NCBI GenBank assembly: GCA_032718475.1
Contig: JAUCBJ010005712.1
Coordinates: 62,001-126,000 of the forward strand
From: Nemertoderma westbladi
Taxonomy: Eukaryota > Animalia > Xenacoelomorpha
Length of the DNA stretch: 64,000 nucleotides
Direction: 5' to 3'
The notes under the pieces are model-generated. The model was not told the DNA's origin, made no database searches, and saw only the letters and a list, made by a program, of their open reading frames with translations. This document shows positions 59,301-64,000 of the stretch, in pieces. The translations under genes and the position numbers were made by a program. Position 1 is the first letter of the stretch. Every line of letters starts with the position of its first letter.

Positions 59301-62300
59301 ATAGAATAGAATACACAGATAGAATAGAATACACAGACAGAATAGAATAGAATACACAGATAGAATAGAATACACAGATAGAATAGAATACACAGATAGA
59401 ATAGAATACACAGATAGAATAGAATACACAGATAGAATAGAATACACAGATAGAATAGAATACACAGATAGAATAGAATACACAGATAGAATAGAATACA
59501 CAGATAGAATAGAATACACAGATAGAATAGAATACACAGATAGAATAGAATACACAGATAGAATAGAATACACAGATAGAATAGAATACACAGATAGAAT
59601 AGAATACACAGATAGAATAGAATACACAGATAGAATAGAATACACAGATAGAATAGAATACACAGATAGAATAGAATACACAGATAGAATAGAATACACA
59701 GATAGAATAGAATACACAGATAGAATAGAATACACAGATAGAATAGAATACACAGATAGAATAGAATACACAGATAGAATAGAATACACAGATAGAATAG
59801 AATACACAGATAGAATAGAATACACAGATAGAATAGAATACACAGATAGAATAGAATACACAGATAGAATAGAATACACAGATAGAATAGAATACACAGA
59901 TAGAATAGAATACACAGATAGAATAGAATACAGAGATAGAATAGAATACACAGATAGAATAGAATACACAGATAGAATAGAATACACAGATAGAATAGAA
60001 TACACAGATAGAATAGAATACAGAGATAGAATAGAATACAGAGATAGAATATAATACACAGATAGAATAGAATACACAGATAGAATAGAATACACAGATA
60101 GAATAGAATACACAGATAGAATAGAATACAGAGATAGAATAGAATACAGAGATAGAATAGAATACACAGATAGAATAGAATACACAGATAGAATAGAATA
60201 CACAGATAGAATAGAATACACAGATAGAATAGAATACACAGATAGAATAGAATACACAGATAGAATAGAAAACAGAGATAGAATATAATACACAGATAGA
60301 ATAGAATACACAGATAGAATAGAATACACAGATAGAATAGAATACACGGATAGAATAGAATACACAGATATAATAGAATACACAGATAGAATAGAATACA
60401 CAGATAGAATAGAATACACAGATAGAATAGAATACACATATAGAATAGAATACACAGATAGAATAGAATACACAGATAGAATAGAATACACAGATAGAAT
60501 AGAATACACAGATAGAATAGAATACACAGACAGAATAGAATAGAATACACATATAGAATAGAATACACAGATAGAATAGAATACACAGATAGAATAGAAT
60601 AGAATACACAGATAGAATAGAATAGAATACACAGATAGAATAGAATAGAATACACAGATAGAATAGAATACACATATAGAATAGAATACACAGATAGAAT
60701 AGAATACACAGATAGAATAGAATACACAGATAGAATAGAATACACAGATAGAATAGAATTCACAGATAGAATAGAATTCACAGATAGAATAGAATACACA
60801 GATAGAATAGAATACACAGATAGAATAGAATACACAGATAGAATAGAATACACAGATAGAATAGAATACACAGATAGAATAGAATTCACAGATAGAATAG
60901 AATAGAATACACAGATATAATAGAATACACAGATAGAATAGAATACACAGATAGAATAGAATACACAGATAGAATAGAATACACAGATAGAATAGAATAC
61001 ACAGATAGAATAGAATACAGAGATAGAATATAATACACAGATAGAATAGAATACACAGATAGAATAGAATACACAGATAGAATAGAATACACAGATAGAA
61101 TAGAATACACAGATAGAATAGAATACACAGATAGAATAGAATACACAGATAGAATAGAATACACAGATAGAATAGAATACACAGATAGAATAGAATACAC
61201 AGATAGAATAGAATACACAGATAGAATAGAATACACAGATAGAATAGAATACAGAGATAGAATAGAATACACAGATAGAATAGAATACACAGATAGAATA
61301 GAATACACAGATAGAATAGAATACACAGATAGAATAGAATACACAGATAGAATAGAATACACAGATAGAATAGAATACACAGATATAATAGAATACACAG
61401 ATAGAATAGAATACACAGATAGAATAGAATACACAGATAGAATAGAATACATAGATAGAATAGAATACAGAGATAGAATAGAATACACAGATAGAATAGA
61501 ATACACAGATAGAATAGAATACACAGATAGAATAGAATACACAGATAGAATAGAATAGAATACACAGATATAATAGAATACACAGATAGAATAGAATACA
61601 CAGATAGAATAGAATACACAGATAGAATAGAATACACAGATAGAATAGAATACACAGATAGAATAGAATACACAGATAGAATAGAATACACAGATAGAAT
61701 AGAATACACAGATATAATAGAATACACAGATAGAATCGAATACACAGATAGAATAGAATACACAGATAGAATAGAATACACAGATAGAATAAAATACACA
61801 GATAGAATAGAATACACATATAGAATAGAATACACAGATAGAATAGAATACACAGATAGAATAGAATACACAGATAGAATAGAATAGAATACACAGATAG
61901 AATAGAATACACAGATAGAATAGAATACACAGATAGAATAGAATACACAGATAGAATAGAATAGAATACACAGATATAATAGAATACACAGATAGAATAG
62001 AATACACAGATAGAATAGAATACACAGATAGAATAAAATACACAGATAGAATAGAATACACATATAGAATAGAATACACAGATAGAATAGAATACACAGA
62101 TAGAATAGAATAGAATACACAGATAGAATAGAATACACAGATAGAATAAAATACACAGATAGAATAGAATACACATATAGAATAGAATACACAGATAGAA
62201 TAGAATACACAGATAGAATAGAATACACAGATAGAATAGAATACACAGATAGAATAGAATACACAGATAGAATAGAATACACAGATAGAATAGAATAGAA

Positions 62301-63937
62301 TACACAGATATAATAGAATACACAGATAGAATAGAATACACAGATAGAATAGAATACACAGATAGAATAAAATACACAGATAGAATAGAATACACATATA
62401 GAATAGAATACACAGATATAATAGAATACACAGATAGAATAGAATACACAGATAGAATAGAATAGAATACACAGACAGAATAGAATAGAATACACATATA
62501 GAATAGAATACACAGATAGAATAGAATACACAGATAGAATAGAATACACAGACAGAATAGAATAGAATACACATATAGAATAGAATACACAGATAGAATA
62601 GAATACACAGATAGAATAGAATACACAGATAGAATAGAATACACAGATAGAATAGAATAGAATACACAGATAGAATAGAATACACAGATAGAATAGAATA
62701 CACAGATAGAATAGAATACACAGATAGAATAGAATACAGAGATAGAATATAATACACAGATAGAATAGAATACACAGATAGAATAGAATAGAATACACAG
62801 ATAGAATAGAATAGAATACACAGATAGAATAGAATAGAATACACAGATAGAATAGAATAGAATACACAGATAGAATAGAATACACAGATAGAATAGAATA
62901 CACAGATAGAATAGAATAGAATACACAGATAGAATAGAATACACAGATATAATAGAATACACAGATAGAATAGAATACACAGATAGAATAGAATACACAT
63001 ATAGAATAGAATACACATATAGAATAGAATACACAGATAGAATAGAATACACATATAGAATAGAATACACAGATAGAATAGAATACACAGATAGAATAGA
63101 ATACACATATAGAATAGAATACACAGATAGAATAGAATACACATATAGAATAGAATACACAGATAGAATAGAATACACAGATAGAATAGAATACAGAGAT
63201 AGAATAGAATACACATATAGAATAGAATACACAGATAGAATAGAATACAGAGATAGAATAGAATACACATATAGAATAGAATACACAGATAGAATAGAAT
63301 ACACATATAGAATAGAATACACAGATAGAATAGAATACACATATAGAATAGAATACACAGATAGAATAGAATACACAGATAGAATAGAATACACATATAG
63401 AATAGAATACACAGATAGAATAGAATACACATATAGAATAGAATACACAGATAGAATAGAATACACAGATAGAATAGAATACAGAGATAGAATAGAATAC
63501 ACATATAGAATAGAATACACAGATAGAATAGAATACACATATAGAATAGAATACACAGATAGAATAGAATACACAGATAGAATAGAATACAGAGATAGAA
63601 TAGAATACACAGATAGAATAGAATACACAGATAGAATAGAATACACAGATAGAATAGAATACACAGATAGACGGTTTCGGCATAAAGGAAACCATAAATT
63701 TAATCTTAATGTTTAATCCCAAATCAATCCAAGTAAAGATAGATGGTTTTGAGATTTACTATTATTGACAGAAGTTGAGATAGACGGTTTTGGCAAAAAT
63801 ATAACTTCTTAGGACTTCATAATTACGTCTTTAGACTTGGCTAGAAAGATGCGCCTCGTTTTCCTTATTCCAAATATATGCAGAGGTCATTTTTTGAAAA
63901 AAATTGACTTAGACGGCTTTGGCATGTAAAGGCCGTG
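14320..63937. mobile_element. Putative non-autonomous TIR DNA transposon (~0.8 kb without the array) split by the satellite
   Basis: 14321-14356 CGGCCCTTAAATGCCAAAACCCTCTATCTCATTTTT matches the reverse complement of 63900-63935 at 29/36; right end reads ...CCGTG; further motif copies at 63667, 63738, 63776; no TSD found. Confidence 0.5.
14865..63670. repeat. 48.8-kb satellite of 18-bp unit AATAGAATACACAGATAG (~2,600 units) with 23-bp (+AATAG) variants and higher-order duplications
   Basis: Directly visible and uninterrupted, single orientation; shared rare variants define 113, 1456, 2833, 5855 and 10535-11187 bp periodicities. Confidence 0.99.
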
Positions 63938-64000
63938 TCATTTGTAAAGATACTAACTAGGGCTATTTAAGTTAAGTATGACATTTTTAGTTTTACAATA

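Noticed and set aside
14865-63670. Telomeric repeat or homology to Drosophila AATAG/AATAC satellites
   Set aside because: Internal array with unique flanks on both sides and an 18-bp unit derived from local sequence; pentamer similarity is likely convergent.
14742-63722. Dozens of long minus-strand ORFs (up to 2725 aa) of ILFYLC/FYSICV/YSILSV repeats
   Set aside because: The 18-mer has no stop in any minus-strand frame, 23-bp units shuffle frames freely and TTCAC variants add stops at random; no sign of coding constraint.

Overview
Eukaryotic (animal-like), AT-rich, intron-dominated DNA; no prokaryotic genes or CRISPR. Three phase-0 minus-strand exons (8710-8829, 3546-3665, 1-100) splice into the post-C2/transmembrane part of a multiple C2 and transmembrane domain protein (MCTP). 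The introns contain about ten unrelated local minisatellites, a 2.3-kb TG...CA LTR-like insertion whose 5-bp TSD is part of the splice donor, decayed LINE fragments and a Penelope-type minimal hammerhead motif. 76% of the window (14865-63670) is one 48.8-kb array of the 18-mer AATAGAATACACAGATAG with nested higher-order duplications. The array is in register with unique flanks and sits between imperfect inverted repeats (14321-14356 / 63900-63935), suggesting it expanded in situ inside a ~0.8-kb non-autonomous DNA transposon, probably within one giant MCTP intron. On the gene-sense strand it is almost free of AG acceptors and poly(A) signals. All long ORFs over the repeats are judged non-coding.
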